This document shows, in pieces, positions 12,465-25,899 of a stretch of 64,000 nt of DNA (its first letter is position 1; each line of letters opens with the position of its first letter). This stretch comes from Octopus sinensis (taxonomy: Eukaryota): NCBI RefSeq assembly GCF_006345805.1, contig NC_043000.1, positions 72,478,001 to 72,542,000 on the forward strand. Direction: 5' to 3'. The position numbers and the translations under genes are program-made. A model generated the notes under the pieces. That model saw nothing but the letters and a program-made list of their open reading frames with translations. It was not told where the DNA came from and ran no database searches.

Positions 12465-12496
12465 CGTATGTATGTATGTATATGTATATCTATATA

Positions 12497-13463
12497 GGGG
12501 AGAATTCACAAAGAAATAAAAGACAAATACAGGTGGTGTAGACAACAAACAGATGTATTAGTATAACGCTCGGGAAGTGGAAAACTCTTTAACATTTCGA
12601 GCCTACGCTCTTCCAAAGAAAGGAACACAGAAAGAAACAAGGGGAGAAAATATAGAATGTGTAGTGGCTAGCGATCTATCATGGCGATAGCCGGGCAGAA
12701 GGGTCACACAGGAGAGCTAGGGAGGAGAGATAACAAAGTGGTAGTGATCCCAAAACAAAGGTGCGCGTGCGTATGTATGAGTGTTTGTATGTGAGTGTGG
12801 AAGAAGGCTGGTGATCTTGACGTGTGCGTGTGTGTATGTGTAGGTGTGAAAATATGGGTCTGGGAAGTGGTCAGTGCTGATGTGTGCGTGGTGGTCTGTT
12901 GTGATGTGATGTGTTGTGTGGTATGGTGGTGTAAGGTGTAGTGGGGTGTGGTGTGATAGTGTTGGTAGGTGGGAGAGGCGAGAGTGGGGAAAGCAAGTGA
13001 GGGGTGTGGGTTAGACTGAGGGTGGGGGTATAGGTGGGATAAAGGTGGGGTGTGGGTAGGCGGAGTATGGGGGTAAAGGTGGGCTTTGTGGGAGTGGGTG
13101 TAAGGGGTGGGGTATGGGGAAGGATATGGAAGGAGGGGTTGGAATGTGTAGGGGTGGAGTGGGCTTACGAGGGAGTGGTGACGATGAAGGGAAGAAGAAG
13201 AAGGTGGGTAGGAGTGAAGAGAAGAGAGGAGAGTAGGAGTGAAGAGAAGAAGTTGGAGCCGGAAGAGGTGGGTGGGAGGATGTAGGTGTGAGGGAGAGAG
13301 AAGCGAGGGGAGGAGAGTTGAGCCCATGTGGCGCAAAGGAGCGAAGAGAGAAGATTAAACCCTGTTCACGGCGCAAACGGGAGTCCGGATGGCCCCAGTG
13401 CAAGGACAATCGAACATGGACAAAGAGTGACCGGTAGAGCGGAAATGGCACGAAACCGGGCTA
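12497..13463 (-). mobile_element. Penelope-like element 3' part (GIY-YIG C-terminus + terminal repeat), interrupted by RTE
   Basis: Minus translation PVSCHFRSTGHSLS and RREQGLIFSLRSFAPHGLN matches the PLE endonuclease C-terminus. A degenerate hammerhead core GAAGAGCGTAGGCTCGAAATGTTA lies near 12585-12612. Confidence 0.75.
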
Positions 13464-16090
13464 TCATTGCCGAATTGGATTCTTCGTTTTGAATTTCAGT
13501 CTGTTCAGATTAAAAACATTCTCTTTTGTTCGATATTTTATGTAAATAACCTCCTCAAAGTTTTGAAAAGCATGTGACAACACAACAGCAAAATATATTG
13601 CAAAGAGGGTGGGTGCAAAAGATTCAGAGAGCCTACCACCAAAATTAACTCTAGCTTTCATATCTTGATGCAAAACCCTGATGATGTTTACAAATTTTTC
13701 TGGGCAACCTATTTTCCTTTGAATTAGCCACAGAGCATTTCGATTAACAGTACCGAATGCCTTGCTCAAATCAACAAAGCAATGGTACAGAGTAAGATTC
13801 TGTTCAATGCACTCTTCTTGTAATTGTCTGATAGTAAAGATACAATCAGCTGTGCCCCTGGAGGAACGAAAACCACACAGAGACTCAGATATTATATTTG
13901 GAACTATAAAGGTATTTAAACTTTCTAACAAAAGGTGGGCAAGTACCTTTCCAACCACAGACAAAAGCGAAATCCTACGAAAATTACCACACATATCCTT
14001 TGACCCCGATTTATATAAGGAAACTAAAATGGCATCAATCCAGTCTTGAGGCACTTTCTCAGTTCTCCAACAGTGACAAATTAACATATTTAAGAGTTCA
14101 AACATTGTGTCACCCCCATATTTCAAAACTTCTGCACAGATTCCATCAGACCCCGGAGACATTGTTATTCAGCTTATTCACAGCTAAATAAATGTCATTT
14201 AGAGTTTGTTCAAATGCCATCTCTTCTATAACTGGAAAGTGTTCAATTTTTTCTATCCGCCTCATGCCAACGGATGATGGTCTCTTCAAAAGTGCGGAAA
14301 AATGCTCTACCCAACGCTTATGAATAGAAGCGGTGTCAGTCAAAAGAAAACGTCCATTTGCTGTTCTCACTGGAGCTATTGAAGAAGATTTTGGGCCACT
14401 TACCTCATTAACATAAGAGTACAAACCCTTGGCATCATTTCTATCAGCTGCTTCTTGTGCCCCTTTTGGTCTATCATTCTACCATTCCTGTTTAATTTTC
14501 CTTAGAGCAATCTGCACTTTCCTTTTCAGCTTTCTGTAAGCTTCGTTTGATTTGAGGTTGCCTAAGTTTTGTTTTTCTAAAAGTAGATTATGAATTTCTG
14601 CTGATCTGAGAACCAGTCACTGGAGATATGTGATTTAAATCCCACTGACGAACTTGCAGCCTGAAATACTTTTGTTTTGAAATCTTCCCATAGATTGTTT
14701 GGGTCAAGATTGATACTTTCTACAGTATTGTGGAATCTTTACAAGTTTCTTGATAATCTAAAATTTGAAACTTTAAATTAACTTTTTGGGTACCTTAGGA
14801 CCAGACTGTCGATTTTTAATCATTATCGAAAAGTCTATTTTTTCACGCACTAGATGATGGTCTGCCCAGCTCTAGCCCGAACGCTAGAAACGTCTTGCAT
14901 ATCACGTTTTCTGATTAGAATATAATCTATGAGATGCCAGTGCTTAGATCTTGGGTACATCCACATGATTTTATATTTATTTTTCTGCTTAAACAGAGTG
15001 TTGATGACAACCAGATTATTCTCAAAACAGGCCATGAAACATATTCCTTTCCAACTCTTGCATTGAAATCTCCCAATATGACCAGCTTGTGAGAAATTGG
15101 TACTTTCCTCAATAATTGTGCAAGATCATCATAAAATTGTCCTACTGTTTCATTAGAATGGGACATTGTTAGTGCATAAATACTGACAACGTTAAGAAAC
15201 CTACCTTTTGTCAGTTTAATACGGCATGACATGATCCGCTCAGATATACCACTTGGAAGTTCTGCAATGGAGGATTTTAATGTATTCTTGAGAGCTAACC
15301 CAACACCAGATTCTCTACGCTGAGCCTTAGGTAGGCCTCTCCAAAAGATAGTATATCCATAAATAGGTTCATTTACTTGACCCTCACCAGAAATACGAGT
15401 TTCAGAGAACGCAACTATATCAAGGGAATATTTCTTAAGCTCACATGCAATAAGTATAGTATGCCTTTTTGGCCTCTTGTTGAAATTATCATGAAGAAGT
15501 AGGCGCACATTCCAATAAACAAAATTCAAAGAATGTTTATTTTCACTTTTTCTTGAAGATTGTTTGACCACAGTAGCAGAATGACGACCGGGTCCTGCAT
15601 GTGATACACTGGGACACCGGCCGAGCCTGGCCTGTTCCCCTGACGTTCCCAAGCCTTTTTTTGCCATTTACTGAATCTGAGACATTTCAGAGTAAGTTAC
15701 AAGTACATTTTTAGGTTTCTGCCAACCAACCAGTTCAATGATTTTACCAAGATTTGGAGTACAGGAAGTACCTGTTCAGGTGAATAATTTTCAGTAGGTA
15801 TAGCTTGCACTGCACTACACACACCTATTGGCCCAAGAAGACTTTCGCCGGTGTGACATGGAAATTGACAAAACTAGGACCTCAGGTTTTATTTCGCAGA
15901 TTTCCTTCTCCTAGGTCGCTCTTGAGTGCTACTGATAACATGTTATCCAGTACAACCTTTGACATGGTCGGGTCGTTGTCGTCTAAACTGGCAACCCCAC
16001 CAGGCTTACTTGGTAAGGAGGGTGTTGTTGGACACCCTGCGGGATGAAAAGTAAGACCCGATAAAGGGCAAATGAACGCCTGAACAGAAA
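13464..16090 (-). mobile_element. RTE-clade LINE (5' UTR, APE endonuclease, N-terminal RT), decayed and 3'-truncated
   Basis: APE motifs YWNVR, IVAFSETR, VILGDFNARVG, HLIDYILIR. RT motifs SPGSDGI, NFRRISLLSVVGK, GFRSSRGTADCIF, FVDLSKAF. Confidence 0.92.
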
Positions 16091-17460
16091 ATTTCTTTAT
16101 TAACCATATAAGGTTGAGAAAAAGAGGGGACGATACGCGGACAGACAAAACAAACATTGGGGTCAGGGGATCGAATGGGGCGAAACGTATGAATAAACAA
16201 TTAAACTATATACAATTAAATGAGAAAGAGTGATTTATAAAACATGAAGCGGAGGACGCAGTCGACCCCATAAACCACTTACTCACACTAAAGATTTTGT
16301 TTTTTTTCTTTTTTTTTTTGTTCTCGTTTAGACAGGTTCTTTCAATCGCAACATACTTGCTACAGACTTCCATCTTTTACGAAACACACTTTGCGACAGG
16401 CATTTCTTCATTTCTTCTCCAGCCTTCTTCTCCAGCATTTCTTCTCCAGCCTTTTTTTCCGTTTCATGTGAAAAACGAAAAAGTCAATTAACCCGAGACT
16501 GGAGATGAATATGCCTGTTGCAATTCCTTTCACTCTCGTCTTCCATACTACCTCTTCTGCAACGATGTCGTCCGCATACGCCAAAGTTGATTTCCGCACC
16601 CTAGATCTTGCGGAGCGCCCCTCATAGCTTCCAGCTTCCTCAGCAATGGCACGAGGGCCAAAACGTAGAGAAGCGGAGAGAGAGTGCACCCTCGACTTAC
16701 TGATCGTTCAATGCAGAACGGCTACGAAAAGAAACCGTTCACCCGAACTACCGATTCGATATCGCTGTATAAAGCGTTGATCCACCCACGGAAGGTCGGG
16801 CCGAAGCCAGCCGCCGCGAGGACTACCGCCAGTTACTGATGGTCTACCCTACTGAACACTTTCCATTGGTCTAAATGGACCATAGCCCCACCCTTGCCAG
16901 GAATCCTATTTACCCTTTCTAAGGCATAGCGTAGAAAGTGGAGATTGCCGTGGACGGTCCTGCCAGGGATGGCGCACGTCTGCGCCTGGTCAACAAGTCC
17001 ACTCACGACCCGCACCAACCTTTTTGCTAAAACCTTGCAAAAACTAAAATTTTCAACTCTGCGTTAAGCAGAGTGATGGGCCTTGTTTGGTCCTTTCTTA
17101 ACAGCGCCACGACACCTCGGCTCACAGACTTGGGAATTTTCTCGTCCTGCTGCCAGTCGGTGCTACTATACAGTTCGTAAGGCAGACCATCGATATCCGG
17201 CGATTTGTCCCCACCGCAGTCTGCTAACACATCCTCGACTTCCATGGCTGTGATCGGCGCTTCACAAGATTCCGTATTCCACCCCGAGAGACATGGCGAA
17301 CCGGCCAGGAAGTCTGCGAGCTTCTCTCCGCGCTCCAGTCTGTCGCTCCTCCCGAATAGCTGGGCGAAATGATCATGAAACACCTTGTACATCTCCTCGG
17401 GTTCGTTTACTGATCGACCATGTGGGTCCGTCAAGGATCGAATGGTCGAGTTGCTACCAT
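16091..17460 (-). mobile_element. Tx1/L1-clade LINE fragment (ORF2 RT region + 3' UTR)
   Basis: KSPDIDGLPYELY, RPITLLNAELKIL and QTCAIPGRTVHGNLHFLRY...HLDQWKVFSRVDH. The 3' end reads CCTTATATGGTTAATAAAGAAAT. Confidence 0.85.
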
Positions 17461-17489
17461 CCGAGCCCATCCGGCCGCGTTGATCCCTT

Positions 17490-17800
17490 CCTGTCTCATA
17501 GCCCTGACATGCACCCTTCTATGCATAAGATGCATAGAAGATGCTTGTAAAGATATGAACATGACATACATAGGGGAAACATCAAGGAGTATTGCGGAAA
17601 GACATTTGAGACAATATGACGACAAAAAACAGTCTTCCATGCTCTACCAACATACCAAGGACCAATATGGAGGTAACCTGTGTCAACTTGACATCCGAAT
17701 TTCATCCAAGCACCCGAAGGACCCAACACTCAGACAAATACAAGAGAACGTCCTCATAAATGAAACATCCCCAGTACTAAGTAGGAAATATACGTAATAG
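17490..17800 (+). mobile_element. Penelope-like GIY-YIG endonuclease remnant
   Basis: C..C....MTYIGETSRSIAER...RQIQENVLINETSPVLSRK in ORF 17420-17797. Confidence 0.8.
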
Positions 17801-18128
17801 ATAATCACTCTCCCATACCCAAAGTTTATATTTATATACAGGTAGAATAGTTAGTGGGTTGTTGTCTAGATGTATGCATGTGTATGATGCACAAATATGT
17901 AGGCAAATTGATATGAAAATAAACCGATACACATAGAGACAGATAGGTACATAGGTAATATGAACGGACAAGAACACATACACACACACACACTCATTCG
18001 GACGTGCACACACAAGGAGACAGTGGTACACACATACACACCTGCAAACACACATACACATAAAAATACACGAACACACAAGCACACAAACATATGAATA
18101 TGCAGAATACATAGATACAAATATACAC

Positions 18129-19160
<1,032 letters not shown>

Positions 19161-19540
19161 ATAGATAGATATAAGTATGTATACATACTTATTAAAATAA
19201 ATTAAGAGAATCTTACTTTACAGTTTTCATTATTACAGTCATTTATACAGTATATTCAATTTAAAACTGTCCGTCATATGTTTCTGCTGCTTGGATATCT
19301 CGTTATATGATGTTCACTTGCATCGGTATCAAGATTTCATCCTGGTTAAAAGAACGTGTCTATGCAGCTTTATTCAAGGTGTTGCCACTATTAAAGTTTC
19401 AAGCGAAAACTACTGTTTAAATGACTGTAATAATAACTGTGTCAATGTATAATTCCCCTTATTTTAGCGTCTTGGATGTACACTCCGTAACAGTTTTCAA
19501 TCCAACGAAGAGAACTCAGGATCTACCTATCCAGTGAAAT

Positions 19541-20590
19541 CATCATCATCATCATTGTTCGACCGTGGTCGAGACAATGGAATTTACCATGCTACGCCAG
19601 ATTTCACGGTCCATCATAGCATTACGGAGGTCCTGTTGCTGGATGCTTGTATCCCTGGAGATTACATCAGTGTAGGAGAGTGTGCGCCCTCTGGTATGCG
19701 AGTAGATTGCTTCCAGAGGAGAAAAGTAGAAATTGCCTCGTTTTCAGCTCTACAACAATGTCCAGCAAACTGGACTCTCCTACCTTTCACAAGAGCTGAC
19801 GCAGGTGGTAGTTTCCCATATATTTGTATTTTGGTTGGATGACGCTTCAACGAGAGATTTTGAGCTCTCATAAGGAGGTGAGTGTAGGTTCCATCCAACC
19901 ACCTCTCAAGCTTCTTTGAAAACGTCCAGGTTTCTGAACCATATAGTAGAATTGGTTCGACTGTGGCTTTGAAGATTTTAAGTTTGAAGTCTCTACTTAG
20001 ATTTGATGACCAGATCTTATGCATATCATTACAGGCTGACCAGGCCATATCCTTTCTAGTTAGAATTTTTTTTCCAGATGATGATATGCATGACCCAAGA
20101 TATTTGTAATCAGAAACCATATTTAAGGGCGTATTGTTTAGAGTATGGATGATGCAATCACTGTTGGACAGTCACTTGTTTACATATTCAGTCTTGGCCT
20201 CATTGAGGTAAAGACCTACACAATTTGAGACTTGTTCGAGAGATTGTAAAAGAGACTGGGCATTGGAGAGAGAATGACTGATACGAGCGATGGTCGTCAG
20301 CAAAGTCAGTGTCTGTCAAGTATTCAGCTAGGTGTCTGGAACTTCTTCTAGGTTTTATTTCAAAACCCTTGCCAGAAATGGTATCAACTGACATACGTAG
20401 CACATAGGCAACGACGATGATGAAGAGAAATGGGGCGAGTGTGCCTCCCTGCAGTATTCCGGCTTTGATTGAGAAAGATGATGTTTCTCCATCAGGGGTT
20501 CAGATGGTTTAAGACGTATCTGTGTAGAGGACCTTGATGGCAGAAATGACTTTGTCTGGAATCCCTTAGAGCTTAAGGATTTCCTTATAC
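19541..20590 (-). mobile_element. 5'-truncated non-LTR retrotransposon (RTE/RTE-X-like RT C-terminus) with (GAT)n tail
   Basis: LQGGTLAPFLFIIVV, TDFADD, YKYLGS, FKATVEPILLYGSETW. The tail appears as (ATC)n at ~19540-19555 on the + strand. Confidence 0.85.
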
Positions 20591-20599
20591 CTACCTACA

Positions 20600-20703
20600 T
20601 ATTTTAGAATAAGATGCTTGCCCAAAGTACCACGCAATGAAACTGAACCAGGAAGCATGTGGCTGGGAAGCAAGCTTCTTACCACACAGTGACGCCTGTG
20701 CCT
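20600..20703 (-). mobile_element. tRNA-derived SINE head fragment (family A)
   Basis: Similar to the heads at 35860-35950 and 49882-49960; A/B-box-like motifs on the minus strand. Confidence 0.75.
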
Positions 20704-20709
20704 ATATAC

Positions 20710-20900
20710 GTAAAGCGCCTAAAGGACGATCATACGCCCTTAAACATCAGGTGGAAATTACTAGAAACTTGTGAACCCGATCGCTATGAAATTGTGTATA
20801 GCAGAAAAATATATAATCCTTATGAACTCACATGAACCAGGAGGCTACCTAAACTCCAAGACAGAAGCCGTGGGAAGTTGTCCATATTTTCGGAAATTCT
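20710..20900 (+). mobile_element. Penelope-like GIY-YIG C-terminal remnant
   Basis: LKDDHTP..NIRWKLLETCEP...AEKYIIL...YLNSKTE pattern across frameshifts. Confidence 0.55.
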
Positions 20901-21108
20901 TCAAAATTGGAAAACCTAGCTATCAAGAGACGGAAGACAACTAACTCAGCCATAATTTTTAAGAGGAATATTTCTTCAACTATCACCGATGTTCTTGTGT
21001 TTTAAAAGTCATTATTTGCAGAGAACAGTTATCGTTTAGAAAAACTGAAGATATGTCTAATTCACGCTAGATATGAAACCAATGGTATTTCTCTAAAACT
21101 GTTACTTT

Positions 21109-21146
<38 letters not shown>

Positions 21147-21799
21147 AGGAATGTCCCTCTGAAAACCTCAATCAAATGCAAACATAATAGGTTAAGAATA
21201 ATAATTTGGGACAGGGAAGAGTAACTATGTATAGCAGTGGAAATCAGTTGCTCAGCAGATATCAACATAGAACAACTGCAAGTTCAGATTTAAGCCAGAA
21301 CGGCGAAAGCTTATAATAAGATTACAGATGCAAGTCATCAATGGAGCTGTGAACATATGTAAAACTTTTCAAAGGTTTGGAATATAAGTACGTATGCACA
21401 TGACTAGGTGTGCAATTTTATATATGAGTATACATACATAAATACACATCTGCACATGTACTGACTCCAAATACGTGCACATATGTACTCAACTACACAT
21501 AACTACATACATACATACATACATACATACATGCATACATACATACATACATACATACATACATACATACATACATACGTACGTACGTACATACGTACGT
21601 ACGTACATACGTACATACATACATACATACATACATACATACATACATACATACATACATACATACATACATACATACATACATACATACATACATAGTG
21701 CAGTATTTCTTGGGTCTGTGACCAGTATCTCACATCACACTTCGAAAGCTATTCATTTTCAATCCAAAAACAAAAAATTATTACAAAGTAATTCATAAA

Positions 21800-22260
21800 C
21801 AAAAGAAATTGTGGAGCTTTTGGAGTTCAATTTACAACCGAACATGTCGATGTTGTCACATATCTATGGAAAACGTTTTACATGTGATCAGCAGCTACCC
21901 CAAAATGTCACCAAGATACTACCTCTCAATGCTGCATAACATTGTTGGTAAAACAATATGCAATGATTTACCATTCCAATCAAAATTTTTACCAAATGCA
22001 AACAAAACAATCAGATATTGTTGTTTAGAATATGCCGTAATTAGGGTCAACTGTCCTGGTGATATTGATACCTTTTCGAAAATGAAAGAGAAAGAGGATA
22101 ATTATGGACACCTTCTTCGAATTCTTCAGACTCTATATACAGATTATAAAGTCGCGGGTATACCAATAATAATTAGTGCACTTGCCTTGTGAGTAAATGT
22201 CTAAGTGACAATCTGGAAAAGTTAGGAGATTCAGAAAAAGAAAGCAATTACAGATACAAT
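21800..22260 (+). mobile_element. Dong/R4-like (RLE) LINE 3' remnant
   Basis: CRCC...ENVLHVISSYPKM..RYYLSMLHNIV (CCHC finger) and AGIPIIISAL, degraded. Confidence 0.65.
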
Positions 22261-22736
22261 CCGTAAGTAGAACAGTAAAAGTATGAAAAACTTCTTTCGA
22301 GTTCAAAATATTAACGTTGTTTTTCTTATCTATATTCCGTCAATGGAGCATTGCATTTTGGTTAGTAACCAGCTCCCTCTTTACACGATGACTTCAAATA
22401 ATAAAAAAACAGAAGAGAAGATACATATATGCGAATGTGTGTGTGTTTGTGTGTATATATATATATATATATGTTTTATGTATGTATGTATGCATGTATT
22501 TATGTATGCATGCGTGTATCCATACATTTATAAGAGTATATATATATATACTACAAAATTAGAAAATGGAGAAACATACTTAAATCAATCAAATATCAAC
22601 CATCAGATGATACCCAATCAATACTTTATTACACCATTACATAACAGTAAAGGCATTATACAAAATATATAGTAAATATAATTAGACAATGAAATAGACA
22701 TATAAAATATGAAATATAATATATAATTATATCATA

Positions 22737-22847
22737 TCTGACAGCTGTTTCAGCCGTAAGGGCAAGCATGCCTCATTTAACCTATAAGCCATATAAGGCA
22801 GGTATAAATGAGACAATAACAAGGATGCCCCACGGCCTCTTCAGAGA
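22737..22847 (-). ncRNA. Type I hammerhead ribozyme motif with long stem II (Penelope-derived)
   Basis: Minus: TCT-CTGAAGA-GGCCGTGGGGCA...TGCCCTTACGGCT-GAAAC-AGCT-GTC-AGA. Core intact, palindromic stem III ACAGCTGT, GUC cleavage triplet, 3-bp stem I. Confidence 0.75.
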
Positions 22848-23213
22848 ATTTAATTTATTATAAGTGTGAAAAAAAATTTTTGTATACATATAAATATAAA
22901 AATATAAAATATAAAATATAAAATCGTGTGCATTGACACTCATAATACTACACATATATATATATACTCATTAATACAATAATACAAAATAAACAAAACA
23001 AAATATATCAATATATATTAACAAACACAGTTATTCTACATATTGGGCTACTAGTTCTAAAAAAAAACACACAGGAAAATATATGCACACTCACATTTAA
23101 ATTAAAATCAGACCTATACATGAAAAATAATAAAAAAACACACAGTTCAGTTCATAAAATTATAAACCTGTAAAAGTCAATAAAAATTACTATTAATATT
23201 AATAATAATAATA

Positions 23214-23264
<51 letters not shown>

Positions 23265-24019
23265 TAATAATAATAATAATAGTAATAGATACAATTATGT
23301 CTGTACCAAGTACATCCATCGGACATCGACATATCTATGAGTCTGATTATTCAGTCCGCTTGATATAGATTATTCTAGATTAATTCGATTGGCTTATAGT
23401 TTAAAATTTGAATCACAAAAGAAATTTTATGGTTAGTTAGTCAAGAAACGCACATACGCACACGCACATCCACAGATCAATCGCACATACATACATAATT
23501 ATATGTATACACACACACATACACTCATACACATACATATCCACAAACAACGTCAAACACATAAATAAATAAATAATAAAAGAGGTATAATCCTAGCTAT
23601 GCAGCCATCCAGCCTCTCAAAGCGACAACCATGCCACTAAATTAACTAAAGAGATCCACTCACATATTTCCATAAAATATTTGTTATAAAGATACATATA
23701 TTTATATATCAAGACATCGAACGTAAGTTATAAAGTATAGATTAATTTTTTATAGTATAAATATATATCTTTTCTACGTAATAAATCCAATGCCATTATA
23801 ATATTAATATTTATCCATCAAAGAACCTAACCTACGAACTAATAGAATTACACTCAAATATACATGCCTATAAAAATACTCATGTATAGCAGCAGATATA
23901 CACAAACGCACCGTCTATTTTCATATGTGACTCGCGAGAAAACATTCATAGTACTTATATATAAATATACTTTTAAGCATCCGTGGACACATAGATAACA
24001 AATGTAATAATTAACATGT

Positions 24020-24240
24020 TCAATATGTGACCGCGTTTGTATCGTTGGCGATTTTCTTTTACCGTCTTCTGTTTCTTAGATCTTTCCTTTTTCTTTGTTT
24101 CTGATGAAGAGCTTGGCTCGAAACGTTAAATTCTCATTCTTTCTTTCCTTTACTGAGCGTCCAATAACACTATACTTGTTCCACGTCCCGGCGTTGTTGA
24201 GTTTTATCTTTGTGTTTTCATGTTTAGATTAACTATATAT
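24020..24240 (+). mobile_element. Penelope-like terminal-repeat fragment
   Basis: Reverse-complement homolog of 4225-4440; contains the hammerhead at 24098-24130. Confidence 0.65.
24098..24130 (+). ncRNA. Minimal hammerhead ribozyme motif (loop-less stem III)
   Basis: TTT-CTGATGA-A-GAGC-TTG-GCTC-GAAAC-GTT-AAA. One extra A after the CUGAUGA box; ACGT palindrome permits dimeric stem III. Confidence 0.6.
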
Positions 24241-24317
24241 ATGGTGTGTATATCTATATATGTATATATGTATACATATGAAAAAGATATATACATATAT
24301 ATATGTGTGTGTATGTA

Positions 24318-24359
<42 letters not shown>

Positions 24360-24360
<1 letters not shown>

Positions 24361-25563
24361 CGTCATCCCATAAATAATGCGTTTTTTATACTTCTTTTAT
24401 TTTTTAAAATTAAGAGAAATAAAGTTCTTTTTTAATCTAAAATATACTCTCCTTCATTTTCTACAATACTCTTCCATCTATCTGGTAGACTTACAAGGCC
24501 CGTCTTCCAAAATTCACTTGTCCATGATGAAAAATACTCCTCGAGTATTGTTCTGACCGCCCGAATGATTTTGAAAACTGCGGAATAAATAATAATTAAA
24601 TGGCGAATATGGTGGGTGGAGCATAATTTCACATTCAAATTGCTCCAGCCTTTGGAATGACATCCTCGCTATATGTTGTCGAGCATTATCCTGATGGAAG
24701 AACACCTTTCGTCTTGAAACCAAAGATATTCATTTTCCTTCTAACGCTGCTCGCAGTAGATGATCTTTGTTATCGTTTGGTTTGGGTTTAAAAGTTCAAA
24801 GTGAACTAAACTTTTCATATCCCACCAAATAGATAACAACACATTACGTGGGTGAAGACTTCCTTTAGCCTGAGATACAGGTGTTTCTCATTTCCTTACC
24901 CACTATCTTCGGCGCTTGACGTTTTTATAGAGAACCCATTTCTCATCACTAGTAACTATTCGGTCCAAAGATGTTTCATTCGTGAGACGTGACAGCAAAG
25001 AAGAGCACATATTCACTCTCTGCACGTCATTAGACTCGTAAAGTTTGTGAGGAAGCCATTGACCCAATTTTTTTTTCCGATGGCTCGCAGGTGTCAATGA
25101 ATGGTTGAATGACCAAATCTAAGCGTCTCTGCTAGTTCCTCAACAGGAACCCATCAGGGTTTGCATGACGTCCTCTTCGATCTCTACAAGTCTTCCAGGA
25201 CGAGGCTCATCATCTAGGCTGTAGTTTCCGGCTCGGAATTTCTGGAACCACCGTTGACACTAGCTTACGCTTATTGTCCGATGGCCGTATACTGCATTAA
25301 ATTCTTCGCACTTTCCGTTGTATTGTTGCCTTTACTGAACTCATAAAGCAAAATATGCCGAATATACTCCTTTGTCACATCCACTATAGCTTTGAAAAAA
25401 TAACTGTTAAAATCGAACTGCATTCTTCAAAACTTACATTAAGAATAAGGACAGGTAAAATTACTATCTGCTTTTATAGCAATTTGATGTAAGTAGTTGA
25501 TACCGTCCCCTTTCGACTTTTAATTCATACAATTGAAAAAACTGCATTTTTTATGGGATGATC
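24360..25563 (-). mobile_element. Near full-length degenerate mariner with both TIRs
   Basis: TIRs TCATCCCATAAATAATGCGTTTTTT and AAAAAACTGCATTTTTTATGGGATGA. Transposase motifs EHIRHILLYEF, RWFQKFRAGNYSLDDEPRPGR, RIVTSDEKWVLY, FHQDNARQH, LHPPYSP. Confidence 0.92.
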
Positions 25564-25899
25564 CACCCAATATATATATACTTATAACAGTATGAATATA
25601 TATGTGTGTATATGTATGTGTGTGTGTATGTGTGTGTGTGCCCGCTTGCGTGTGTGGCAACAAAGTAAAATAAGACATGAAATGTATTAAATAGACTGCT
25701 AAATGAAAGTATGATTAATTAGTTTTTTTAATGAAAACCAAGAATTTAAAGAATAAAAATTTATAAGTTATCATTTCTTACATGAAGATGGTAGTTCAAC
25801 TAAAATAAATGCAAATGAGGGAAATACTTTCGGAAAAAATGAAAAGTGTTTCTTTTTCTATGTGTCTTACGACAACTTATTTCTTCTACTAGAGGATTT

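Noticed and set aside
12704-13336. His/Pro/Thr-rich 210-aa ORF
   Set aside because: Translation of G/T-rich simple sequence within the Penelope 3' region.
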